Part shown: positions 10,573-21,933 of the stretch, in pieces
Numbering within the stretch: the first letter of the stretch is position 1
Layout of the letters: each line of letters starts with the position of its first letter
Assembly: GCF_000315625.1 (NCBI RefSeq)
Contig: NW_005434573.1
Location: 222,390 to 258,464, forward strand
From: Guillardia theta CCMP2712
Taxonomy: Eukaryota; Protista; Cryptophyta
Direction of reading: 5' to 3'
Length of the DNA: 36,075 nucleotides
The notes under the pieces: model-generated
What the model was told of the DNA's origin: nothing
The model's database searches: none
What the model saw: only the letters and a program-made list of their open reading frames with translations
Translations under genes and position numbers: made by a program

Positions 10573-12398
10573 ATGTCGGCCATGTTGCCTTCTGCCGGCT
10601 TCTTCGACGACTGGCTCATCCTCTTCGAGCAGGTCCTGCAGAGACTTCGCTGAACCTTATCTCTCACCTGCTCCTTCCCTCACTCAAGCATCTCCTGCCA
10701 ACGCACAACCTCCATCTCCTCTCTGCACCCTGTTAGCTTCCCTTCGTTCTCAACCATTCCTCCAGTTCCTCTCTTTCCTCTTGTCGTCATGCTCACCACC
10801 CCTTATCCTTCTCATACTGATGCTCGATATCCTCCTCCCACTCTTCTTTGTTTTCCTGTCACTGCTGGTCTCCCATTGTGTCACCCGTTCTTGCTCGGTT
10901 CGTCTCGTTTCTCCTTGGGAGCTCGTACATCATGTATGCTTTCGCGGTGTGCTTTGATATTTCTGTTCTGTTCAAAGCTTTCCTCGTGCTAGTTGTCTGT
11001 ATCATGCATATCATTATAGCCACACTCAGCATAGGTTGCGTGTTGTTTTCCTCGTACTCCACAAAGTTTCCTGTTGTTTACCCTTGTTGCTTCTCTCGTG
11101 TCCTCCCCTCTCCCCCCCAACACACACCTCACCCCCGCGACAGCAGCATGCACGCACTTGTCTCTGTCGAATGCGATCCACTGTGATTATGAAGCCGCTG
11201 AGAAGCGTGCTGGAAGTGATGGCGATGGCGATGGCGATGTTTGGGAGGATGTGGTGGATGATGGAAGAGGGGATGCTACACTCTCTTGTTGGTTGGAGGG
11301 GTTGACTTTCCTTTAGGTCTCTCCTTACGGTCTAGCTGACATTGGAATCGGAATTTCTATCGGCGTGTCTGTCCTGGGAGCTGCTTGGTAATGTTCGACC
11401 TCTTTCGCATCCCTCGCAGCATTTCTCCCACTTCCTCATTCCGCCTCCTTTTCATGCTCCTCATCTCGGTGCTGCAGGGGAATCTTCACCACCGGGTCTT
11501 CGCTTGTGGGTGCAGCGATTAAGGCTCCTCGCATTCGCTCCAAGAACTTGATCTCTGTTATCTTCTGTGAGGCCGTTGCCATCTACGGGGTCATCATCGC
11601 TATCATCTTGTCGGTGGGTCTGCTGCTCTCTCCTCATCTTTCCGCCTGCCCCTATCTTCCCATCCTCTACGCTGCCTCTCCTCATCTTTCGCTTCCTCGC
11701 GTCTCGTCTTGTCGCTCATCCTCTCCGCCTTCAATTTCCCTGTTCCACTCGTCACTCCTCACGTGTGTGACAGACTAAGATGGCTACACCTGAAGCTTTC
11801 CCTCAAAACGCCGCCGAGGTCCCGCACTCTTTCAGCTCGCCGAACCTTCTGACTTACTGCAGTGCAACACGCTCGAAGCTCTGCGCACCTCATGGCCCCG
11901 GCTGCCTGGTGACGGGTCGAAGGTGAGAGCATGTAAGTGATGGGTCGCGGAGGCGCTGAGGAGCAGCAGTGTCAAGGATCGCTCTACATGAAGAACCTGC
12001 TGTTCGCGGCCTATGCCATCTTCAACGCGGGGATCTGTGTTGGGTTTTCAAACCTTTTCTGCGGGTAAGGAATGAGGACGGAGAGAAGGTTTCGCAAGGT
12101 GGATCAGGGAGGATATGTGGAAACATGGGCTGAGGAGCTGAGGAGTGGAGTAGAGTTGGGCAGACAGGTCCCAATTGTTGACTTGTTGTTCAGGATATGC
12201 GTTGGCATCACAGGCTCGGGCTGTGCGCTGGCGGACGCTCAGAATGCCTCCTTGTTCGTGAAGATTCTCATCATTGAGGTGAAGTGGAGCGAGTGGAGTG
12301 AGACAGTTTGACCGCAGTCGCAGATCTTCGGCAGCGCGTTGGGTCTCTTCGGCGTCATCGTGGGGATCATCATGTCGTCGGCGGCTGCAATCAAATAA
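10573..12398 (+). CDS. VMA16: V-type H+-ATPase V0 proteolipid subunit c'' (plant-like 4-TM form), 8 exons
   Basis: Spliced: [20 protein letters not shown]|[24 protein letters not shown]|[45 protein letters not shown]|[15 protein letters not shown]|[20 protein letters not shown]|[32 protein letters not shown]|[28 protein letters not shown]|[24 protein letters not shown]. Confidence 0.96.
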
Positions 12399-12479
12399 CG
12401 AGACCTCTTCCTCCCCTCGTGCATGTAAAATTGACCAGCAGACACTCGCGGGTTTTGTCACATTTTATTCTTCTCCCCT

Positions 12480-14240
12480 CTAGGCCTTCATAGGAGGCAG
12501 GCTCGTCCTGACCTGCACCATCTTGTTGAGAACGGAGCAGAGAAGGGGGGAGAGGGGAGAGGTAGATGGAAAGGGGACGAGCGAAAGGAACAGTTGAAGG
12601 TGTAGGCTTCACCTTGTGGGCGTAGGAGGTGACGGAGTCGAAGTCTCGCTTGATCTGCTGCTCCAGGGCCGCCATCTTCTTCCTTGCTGCCGCTTTTGCT
12701 GCAGCGTTCTTCGCGCCACTGAGAGTCTTGCGAAGCTCCTACGCCTCATTCAGTTCACTCCCTTTCCTGTTCGGCTCTACCTTTACTGCACTCTTGTCCC
12801 CAATCTTGCCAGGATCCTCCGAGGGTGCCACAGGCTCCTGTCTCACCGTTCAGCTCTGGCAGACTGGCAATAAGAGAGTAACCTTGCTCGAGGACGCATG
12901 TTTGCTTGAGTGCGACTTGTGCGAGTTCAGCTTCGCCGCGAGTCGGTCAGCAGCATGGATCTTCGCCTTCACCGCTGCTTGCTGGGCGCTCTTGTCCTGC
13001 CGCTACATCACCACTTGAACTTGTCTCCTCAACTCTCACCTCATGCTTGTCGCTTGCCTCCTGTTTTACTGAAGCAGTCTTGATAGCCTGCGAGGAGAAC
13101 CATGAGCAAGCTTGAGGGGAGTGGGGGGGGTTGGGGGGGGGTTAGGAGGTGGGCGGCACCTTGACGTAGCTCGCCTTCTTTGCCTCTTCCTTCTCTTCAG
13201 ACTTCTCTGCTTCCTTGAACAGCTTCGCCTGCAAGCACATCAGCAAGGAGATGGAGGAAGGAGCAACGGGCGTCCACCTGGTTCTGCGACAAGCCGATCT
13301 TGTGGCCCTTGGAAATTTTGTTGCCCGCCAGCTGAGCCACACGATCAGGCTACTGAATTCAGCTCCCGACATGTCGAATACCTTGGCCCACTTGGAGTAG
13401 AACCCACCGCCCGCGTCTTTCTCAGCCTGTAGGCTCAAGTCACAAGGGAGGCAGGAGGACGCGAGAGGCTTCGACCTGCTCTGTGATCTTCTTTGAAATG
13501 TGATCGATCCCCTTGCTGTACATCTTGCGAAGCTCCTGCAACCCTGTGAGCCCGGGGGTTTCAGGGCTCTCGAGTTGAAACTCACCGACTTCATCTGCAC
13601 TTGTTGGTCACTGTCCCACGAGTGAACGTGAGCGTCTGGCCCGTCCCAGTCGTAGTTCGAGGTGTGCTGGGCAGATGCGTCAGAGATCCTCAACTGTTTC
13701 GGTCATTGCGTGCCATACTCTGCCCCAATCGGAGTCCGCAAGCGCAGAGGTGCTCCAGCTGTTGGAGGATCCGCTGGAAGTCTGCGGCGCGAGTCAACGA
13801 CTGGTGAGCCCACCGACTCTCTTGCCTTGAGCTCGGAGGAAGGGAGGATCTGCTTCAGGTCCGAATCGATCTCACCCTGGAGGCTGCACACTAGTCACAT
13901 CCCGTCCTCTCTTTCTTCCACTTACTCCACATCCCTACCTGTTCCCTCCGTTGTGCCCGAAGGTGTCATAGGCCTCGTACGAGGAGGACCCATCCCCGTT
14001 GCTGTCTCCGAGCCCGTTGTCGTTGTGCGCAGCATTCCACAGCATGGTGGTGGTCACGTAGGGCCGGTCCCACATCTGGAGGAGGTAGGTCTGCTCGGGT
14101 GACAGGGAGGACTGCGAGCGGCTCGACAGGCTTCCAGCTCCCACCAAAGCCACAGCTGCCACCAGAGCGATGGCAGCGTAACCCAGGGACCTCATGGACC
14201 CACTCGCACGCACAGGCGACTGCTGCTCACACGAGACCAT
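12480..14240 (-). CDS. Multi-exon hypothetical protein with N-terminal signal/TM anchor and K/A-rich coiled-coil C-terminus
   Basis: MVSCEQ..LGYAAIALVAAVALVGAG..; exons LQGEIDSDLKQILPSSELK|TSSGSSNSWSTSALADSDWGR|HTSNYDWDGPDAHVHSWDSD..|ELRKMYSKGIDHISKKITEQ|AEKDAGGGFYSKWAK; last exons MAALEQQIKRDFDSVTSYAHK|VRTSLPPMKA*. Confidence 0.6.
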
Positions 14241-15408
14241 CGAAGAGGATGTGCCTGCCGCGACAGAGTCATTCACCCAACATCGCGAAGAGCTGTGTCT
14301 GCGCTTTCTCCTCTCCTCACATCACTTGCCCCAGTATGTTTCACGTTCATCAACGATCGCAGCCTGCTCACCCTGGTCTGAATCCTTCTGCACTAGTCTT
14401 GCTCTGCCAATTCAATCATAACTACCGGGCTGGTTTTCGTCTTCACCGGAGCCCACTTGTGTTTCAGTCTACGACAGCTGGTAAAACTGTTCTCCAGATC
14501 GCTATTCGCTATTCAGGTTCACTTCTTTGCTATATCCGCATCTTCCCTCTTTCCTGCATTTCATCTCTTTCTCTCCTAACGTCTTCCAAGCTCTCCTCGC
14601 TCTCGCTGCCATGCCCTCCGCTCTCCCTGCGCGCTCCCCTCCCGTCCACCGAGCATTTTCGCCTCTTCGTGTCTCTTCGACTTTTCAGCGTAAAACAACA
14701 CTTGGTACAAAAATTTAAAAGATACCTAAAGATATGTATAGATTATATCAAAGTATTAAGCAAAATCTGAATTGATTTCTACTGACAATAATGTTTTAAT
14801 TGAACAAATTCTCACTGCTTGGCACAAATTTTGTACCACTTTCTCTGCAAAAATATCACTTATACGGAGTTGTTGACTCAATCAAAAGACTCTTTTTTCA
14901 AATCCAGTTTTAAAAACAGAAAAGTCAAAAAGTCGCTAATTCTGGAGGATTTCGTTCCGTTGAGCTATTTATAGCATCATTTGACTTGATAAGTCTTTAC
15001 TACAGGACTTCAAAATTTTTTTTTCTTTTACCACACCACTCCCCAGCCACCCACCCTACCCTCTTTGGACCCCATCAGTCCCGCTTGTGGACCCCCTGTT
15101 TACCCAAGTGTCCAGCCCCCATGAACTATTTCTCCACCCCTCCCTGTCAGCATTACTAAACCGAAGAGAAATGGGAGGGGAAAGTGGAAGGAGGGAGACG
15201 AGGAAAGAGGGCGAGCGAGGATGCTGAAGGTGGACACAAGAGAAGCCGACAAGATCATAGATATGAGGAATGCAAGAACCAAGCAGACGAGGAGGAGAGA
15301 GCTGAGCGTTGCATGGCATATTAGTGCAGTGCAGAGGGCGGGAAAAGGTCAAGCACGAGCTAATGCAGAAAGATCTCCAGGAGGAGGGGCTCTAGTATTA
15401 TGAAGTGA

Positions 15409-18368
15409 ATGCGTGACGAGAGAAGAAGGGAGGAGAGTTCTATGGTAGAGAGATCGGTGCGGGTGCATGGTTGACGCTCATGCCTGCAGCAGGAGTCCAT
15501 GCCTTCAGTCTCTCCTGCGAGAGATCACAGTATCGCGCTTCTCTTCCTCACCTACGGGGAGGTAGCCCATGCTCGTCGCCTCGCTTTGTCTTGATCAGGT
15601 GGCAGGTCAATAACCCAGAGGCCTGGGCGCAGTGGCTGAGGAAGGAAGAGGCCGACAAGTTCTCCGTGTATGTTCATGCTAAGGTCGATTCAGTTGGGAG
15701 GGACTGGGAGGCTGATAATGGTGAGCAGGAAGCGAACAAGGTGCAGCATGATCTATTTCGTCGCAATCTTGTCAAGGCGGTTGACACGGCATGGGGACGC
15801 GTGTCGCTTGTGAGGGCGCATCTGGTGATGCTCAGGGAGGCGCTCAAGGAGTCGAAGAACGAGTATGGAAGACAAGGAGGAGAGGAGCTTCTGCTGCTGA
15901 CCCGCTGCCTCACAGATGGTTCGTTCTCCTGAGCAACAGCTGCCTGCCCATGGTCAGCTTTGAAACGCTCTTTGATTATCTCAATGCCCACAAGGGAAAG
16001 AGCTTCTTTGACTTACACAAGGGTAAGCGACCTCTGCTCATCCTCTGCTCCTCCTCTGCTCCTCCTCTGCTCCTCCTCTGCTCCTCCTCTGCTCCTTCTC
16101 TGCTCCTCCTCTGCTCCTTCTCTGCTCCTCCTCTTGCTGCCCTTTGACCTTCTGACTGATGCATCCGAGCAGTCGAGTCACAGAGATTCCAGCGAGAAAA
16201 TTTCCGGAGGGTTTTGGAGGAGAAGAAGGCGAACATGAGCGAGGGGAAGGAGAAGGAGCTGGCGCTGCTGGAGGAGCTCGCGAGCAAGGAGCACGGCGAG
16301 ACGATTCAGGCGCACTCGCAATGGTGTATCCTCTGCCGGGAAGACGCCAAGGCTCTCGCAGAGGCCCAAGACGCGGAACTCTGGCTCAGCGCGTAAGTTA
16401 GAGATGAGGAGATGAGGGGGCTCAAGTGCGGGAGGGAGGGTGTGAGGAGCAGTCAGGTGACGGGAGGGTTTGCAGGTTTGACCTGCTGCTTGATGAGGAG
16501 TACGTCGACAAGAGCCTCATGCTTGCACCGGATGAGCTGCTTCCTCTGACGTACCTGCGGTACCACGCGAGGTGAGGCAGCAGAGGAAGCAGGCGCCTGA
16601 ATCTCACGCGTGAGCAGGAGGAGAGGAGAGAGAATGAGGAAGGTTGTGAACATCAAGGTCACGTACTCGTGGTGCTGTCTGGATGGAGGAAACTGCTCCT
16701 GCGATGCCTCCCGTGCCAAACATCCGCAGTCTTTCTCGTAACTGTCCTTCTCTTCTCCTCCTCTTCCTCACCAGATGCAGGCGGCTGATGCCGGAGCTCG
16801 TGCGTCAGTGCTGCGACCACAACTCGCTGTTTGCACGCAAGTTTGAGCCCAAGATGGAAGTGGATCCTCTCGTCCAGCTCTGGCAAGCGACGACCGGAGA
16901 GGAGAAAGTGACAGCAGCCAAGTACAGGTCAGTCGAGGACTTCACTTGCTCGCTTCCCTTTCGCTGCTCTCATTCTTCACTTTCCTCACACTTTTCCTAC
17001 AGCGACTGGATGGCTGATCCGAGTCGCCTGTCTGAGCGGCAGCAACTCGAGCTTGTCATGTGAGACGAGATCTTCCTCCTCTTCTTGCTCGCAGTCGCGT
17101 CACGTTCCTCCTCCTTCATCCTCCATCATCGCTTTTCTATTTCTCTCTCTCTCCCTGTACGCAAGAGTTCTGATTCAGCGCAGGTACATGTCGATGAGGG
17201 CGGAGAAACCAGGGCGAAGGGTGAGCTCTCCTTTCCTTGCTCCTCCTCTTCTCTTCCCCTCCCCTCCTCTGTTGCTCCTGCGCATGTTTCCCCGTCTCTG
17301 ACTTGTCGCTACAGCCTTCTCTTCCTCCGCCTTCGGCTCATGGAGCTCATGGAGGCTCGTGCGCTCCTCGCGCCTCGGTGGATGCAGGAGCTGCGAATCG
17401 CCGCGAAGCGACCGCGGGGAAGGAGAAGGTCAACAAGGACAAGGAGGAAGCGCAAGCGCGACGAACAGAGACGAGCAAGCTGGAGAGGAATGCAGAAACG
17501 TTCAAGCAAGTACTTTACAGCTCCTCTGATGACGAGCTGCCGCTCTCTGTGCCCTTACCCGTCCTGTCTATATCGATGTGAGCACATATGTACCTTCTGT
17601 TCCTTCCCCTCTCCCTCTCCCTCTCCCCCTCTCCCTCTCCCTCTCCCCCTCTCCCTCTCCCTCCCCCTCTCCCTTCCCCTCTTCTTCCTTCCCTTTGCTC
17701 GTCCTCTATCTAACTTCCCTTCCAGGAAGCCCAACGTCGCGTGCACTAAGAGCAAGCCGTCGCTCGCGTATGACTCAGACGAAGACGACCTTCCGCTCAC
17801 CTTTGAGCTTCCCAGGTACCTCGACCTTACCCTGCCTCTCCTCCTCTCCCCGTTCAGCTCTTTCCTTTGCTTCTACTTTCCCTCCGACTCTGTTTCTTAG
17901 CCCCCCCCCTCATTCCTGTGTTGTGTTCTATTCCCACCTATGGTTACCCAGCGCTTGCCTATCCTCCTCCTCCTCTTCCTCGTTCTCATCATCATCTGCA
18001 ACTTTTCCTCTCGCTCTTCCTCCTGCTCCTGTTGCCTTCCCCCCCTCCCTTAACTTCCCTTCCAGGAAGCCCAACGTCGCGTGCCCTAAGAGCAAGCCGT
18101 CGCTCGCGTATGACTCAGACGAAGACGACCTTCCGCTCACTTTTGAGCTTCCCAGGTACCTCGACCTTACCCTGCCTCTCCTCCTCTCCTCTTTCCGCTT
18201 TCCTCTCTCTCTCTCTCTTTCTTCTTCTCCTCTCTCCACATTCTTTTGTCGTCTTCTCGTCTCACTCTATGCAGGAAGCGCACTACTCCCGCAGAGCCGG
18301 GCATTCAAGCCTGTGGTCGCTTGGGGCTGGAGGACTCGAGCAAGCGGCCGAGATGTGCTCTAGCGTAA
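15409..18368 (+). CDS. Core-2/I-branching-type glycosyltransferase (GT14/DUF266-like) with a low-complexity acidic/basic C-terminal tail
   Basis: Spliced motifs IALLFLTYGE|VNNPEAWAQWL..FSVYVHAK|..TAWGRVSLVRAHLVMLREAL|WFVLLSNSCLPMVSFETLFDYL..HSQWCILCREDA..APDE..LFARKF match the Branch/DUF266 pattern. The tail exons join in phase to a stop at 18366-18368. Confidence 0.85.
16037..16135. repeat. Intronic 11-bp-like tandem repeat (CTCCTCCTCTG)n
   Basis: Direct reading. Confidence 0.85.
17711..18189 (+). repeat. 139-bp direct repeat (17711-17849 and 18051-18189) containing a duplicated 90-nt exon
   Basis: Copies differ at 2 positions; exons 17726-17815 and 18066-18155 each retain their acceptor and donor. 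Confidence 0.95.
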
Positions 18369-18583
18369 CGGACAAGAGGAAGGCGGTGGAGGGAAGGGAG
18401 GGGATGTAGATAGATGTATATGATTATGTAAAAGTCAAAGATAATGAAGGCAGCGAAGATTCTTGATCCCATATGATCCGCTACTCCGTCTCATCGGCTA
18501 GTGGCTGCAGCGGCGATGGTGTAGCCGAGGTAGAGGAGGAGGAGGATCAAGAAAGAAGGGGGGGGGCGGATGGGGAGGGGGGG

Positions 18584-18585
<2 letters not shown>

Positions 18586-18645
<60 letters not shown>

Positions 18646-18650
18646 GAGAG
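18586..18650. repeat. (GA)n microsatellite
   Basis: Direct reading. Confidence 0.95.
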
Positions 18651-18708
18651 TTGGGGGGGGTGGAGGGCGGGGGCAGGAGAGAGATATCAGGAGGCTTCAA
18701 AATCATCC

Positions 18709-19336
18709 TTACTTCATTCTACGACATCCATTCTCAACGTCCTGCCCAGCAAGCTCTTCCTCCTCTTCACTCGCCTCCATGTACTCTTGCAACCAATCGC
18801 TCTCCAAACTCCACATCTGCTCTCCGTTCGGCTCCCAAGGCTTGTGCGTGTCCTCGCCATGCTGGCCAATGGCAAAGTTACCTTCTAGCAGCAAGGCTGG
18901 TGTGCTGCTGTCTCCTCTCTCTTCCTTCACCTCCTCCAGCACGAGCATGTCGAAGGTCGCTTGCACTGCCTCAGCATCGTGAGCGTCGCCCACCCCCGTC
19001 GAGCTGCTTCCTGGCGTTTCGCTGCCCGAGCCCTGTTGCGCCTTCCTCAGGTAAGGCCAGCGGTCGAGGCCGAGCTTCCTGCAGGCCAACTTGAAGCTGG
19101 TCAGCGACACTCCCTGCGCCTACTCGTCAGACCTGGCAACCTCCCGCATGCTCGTGTCGTACCAGCGTGTTGGCAGCTTCGTCTTGGCGCAGATGAAAGA
19201 GCTGCTCGAGGGTTTCGACGCTGATATTGACTGCCTTGTCTCGCCGAATGAGGCCGCTTCTAGTTCTTGTGTGAATTGTCACAAAGTTGGGAGAGCTACC
19301 ATCGGAAGGCAGGGCGTTTGGAGGGGAGGTAGACAT
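18709..19336 (-). CDS. RWP-RK domain transcription factor, 192 aa, 2 exons (19163-19336, 18709-19113)
   Basis: ISVETLEQLFHLRQDEAANTL|GVSLTSFKLACRKLGLDRWPYLRK is a canonical RWP-RK domain; 49-nt GT-AG intron at 19114-19162; acidic C-terminus ending near SDWLQEYM. Confidence 0.93.
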
Positions 19337-20238
19337 GAAGAGGGCGAACGGATGGAGCTGAAGGAGGAGGCCTAGTTCCAGTTGATGGTGGAGGAGAGGA
19401 GGAGAGCGAGGAGAGCGAGGAGAGCGAGGAGAGTTGATGACTGGTATGGAAGGCCGGGGGTGGGAGGCGTCAGGCGTAAGGTGGAGGAACGGGTTGCTCA
19501 GGAGCAAGGCTTTCCAGTCAAATTTCGAAAACACCTCTTTTCGATACATATCTGAGACTGGTCACGTAACATTAACTAATAAGTTTACTTACTATTCTCA
19601 GTCTCTAGGTCGGGCCGGTGGCCGGGCGGCTCATCGGGCCGAAGCTGACGGGCCGGGCGGTTGTGAGGGTTCGAAGTGGTTGGAACTCAATAGTAAAGTG
19701 ACCTCTTCCCTGGAGGGTAGGGGTACTTGTGTTGTTGGGGTTACCTTTCCTCCAGACCCTGTCGATACCCGTACGAAATGAGTATATGATGTGGGTAGTG
19801 TTACAATGGATATATCTTCCAAATGGGTAGGGTAGTGAGATGTTTACTCAAACTGGTGGGTGGGTAAAGATATCAATCGGGCAGAGATGCGCAAAGCTGA
19901 CCAGGGAGCAAGCGCGTGGGGTCAAGCGTGAGAGAGATACTTGAGATGAGAGGATCATGGAGATGGATGAGTCTTAGCGTTTCTGATTCTTACTTGTGTG
20001 GCTGCTTCGCCTTGTTTGCTATTGCTTTTATGCGTTTGCTTGTTTGTTCAGTTCATATCCAGCTCCTTGCTAACCCCGCCCATGTCTTGTTTCATTGACT
20101 GCCTGCCTGCCTGCTCCGACTCTTTCACCCCAATTTTATTGGTGTTCCATGGGCTGACGCTTCCTTGACTTGATTTTGATTGGGACTGATTGTCGAATGC
20201 TTGTGACCTGAATGTCTGAAGATTTCCACAGCCAGTGC

Positions 20239-21418
20239 ATGGCAAACACCCTCACGCACGGGAAGCTCGCGTATGCCAATGCGGGTCAACTCACGGCACA
20301 ACGTCTGTCGATCGACAGCAATGTGTCGATTGACAGCCAAGTACGCCAGAGTTTTGCAGTTCCTGGGATGAACATGGCTGCGATCAATGCGCATGTACAG
20401 TGTGTTGCAGGGACAAGTTGTGTCGTTAACTATCAAATTCCCATGCAGGCAATCATAAACTTTTATACTGTGGAAGAGAGCCTGTTTGCAGATGTTGAGG
20501 ACATCTTGCATGACATCGATGAGATCCTGACAAAGTCCACCGACAAGGTTTTCCTTTCTAAAATAGAATATTTCATGTTGACATGTTGCCTTTGACCTGT
20601 TCAGATCGTTGGAGAAAAGGTTATTCTGCACTCGATAGCAAACGACTTGTATTCTTGGACTCTCTTCAACTAAGCTCGTCGCTCATTTCATTTGCAGGCA
20701 CAATGTAAATGGAGAGGAAGGCAGAATCAAACAAGTCATGGATAACAACATGGCGGTTGTAGTGTTGGATAGGTACGATTGCACGTTTGGCCTCACATCT
20801 CCATTGTTTTGATGGCCCATGGCAGGTCGAACAAGGAGGTAACATTACCACTTAGCAAGCTCAAGAGGAATCTGCCTCTCATCGTCAGGGTTCGCGCAAG
20901 CTGTTATGTTCCCCGCTTAAGTTTGCGGTCCAGCTAGAGTCGCCGGCATATCAGGAGAGGAATGGCGAGAGGAGCAAGAGAGAAACGACGTCGACGATTA
21001 AGTCCTTGCAGAAGCACCTGAGCTTTAAGATCGAATGCAAGAAGACGGAATCTTATCAAAGGGTCGCTGACAAGCTCACGTCGCTGCTGGCGGTCAAAGA
21101 AGAGCTTGCTCGTCTGCCTGCCTGAGTCGCTGCAGGATTGGGCATCATCGAAGATTGGCGTCCAGCCTCAAGTGGTTGTCAGTGGACTTCTGTGAGCATA
21201 ATCAGGCACTGACCTTGCACTCACTTTGTCTGGCAGGATCGATGGAGAGGATCTTCCAATGTTCAACACGTTCAAGGGACTTGGGCCGCAAGCTGAGATC
21301 CAGGTTTTCGTTGCGATCCATTTCTTTCAATTGAGAGCGTGGTTTCAAGATCCTTGGTTACTTCGACCTTCGACCAGGGACGTCAACGGTACCTGGTCAG
21401 CAGCAAGTTGCGAGTTGA
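20239..21418 (+). CDS. Multi-exon hypothetical protein with putative SH3/KOW-like and C-terminal ubiquitin/SUMO-like domains; start uncertain
   Basis: Exons IVGEKVILHSI..HNVNGEEGRIKQVMDNNMAVVVLD|RSNKEVTLPLSKL and KHLSFKIECKKTESYQR..|DWASSKIGVQPQVVVSGLL|IDGEDLPMFNTFKGLGPQAEIQ|ILGYF..*. Domain calls rest on pattern resemblance only. Confidence 0.45.
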
Positions 21419-21604
21419 GTAGTTGACAGTTACTTGAATTCGCAGAGTCTGGTTGCTGCACCGTGCAGTGAGAGCCCAAGTCAGCAACATGACGTCAGCT
21501 TGATTATTCTTTTTCGATGTCCCTCTGCATTCTTGAACACTATAATTTTTCGGAGGTAATATATTTTGAATCAAGTTAAACGACTCCCCTACTTGAAGTT
21601 CGCT

Positions 21605-21933
21605 CTACTCGAAGGGCTGCACTTGCGCGATGGATGGCGGCATGCACAGATAGCCATTGCCATAGTTGCAGGGCGCGATGCCGGTGTTGGATGACTGAGA
21701 AAACAATAAGGTGAGTGATTGAAGAGCGCGGGGCAAACAAGAGCACTGACCGTTCTCATGCCGGCATACGAATAATCATAGGCGGCCTTGTTGCTGTGGC
21801 AAAACCGTGAAAAGGGAAGTTTGAAGAGCAAGAGTAAGGACCTTCCCCAGGGAGCAAAGAGATCGTCCTCTCCAGGAACAGTCCACAGAGCCTGTCCTCG
21901 CACGAAGGTAGAGGGAGCGACTTGAAAGAGCAT
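21605..21933 (-). CDS. 74-aa three-exon microprotein
   Basis: Exons 21842-21933, 21751-21793 and 21605-21694 (introns 48 and 56 nt, GT-AG, phases compatible): MLFQVAPSTFVRGQALWTVPGEDDLFAPWGSNKAAYDYSYAGMRTSSNTGIAPCNYGNGYLCMPPSIAQVQPFE*. Confidence 0.7.
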
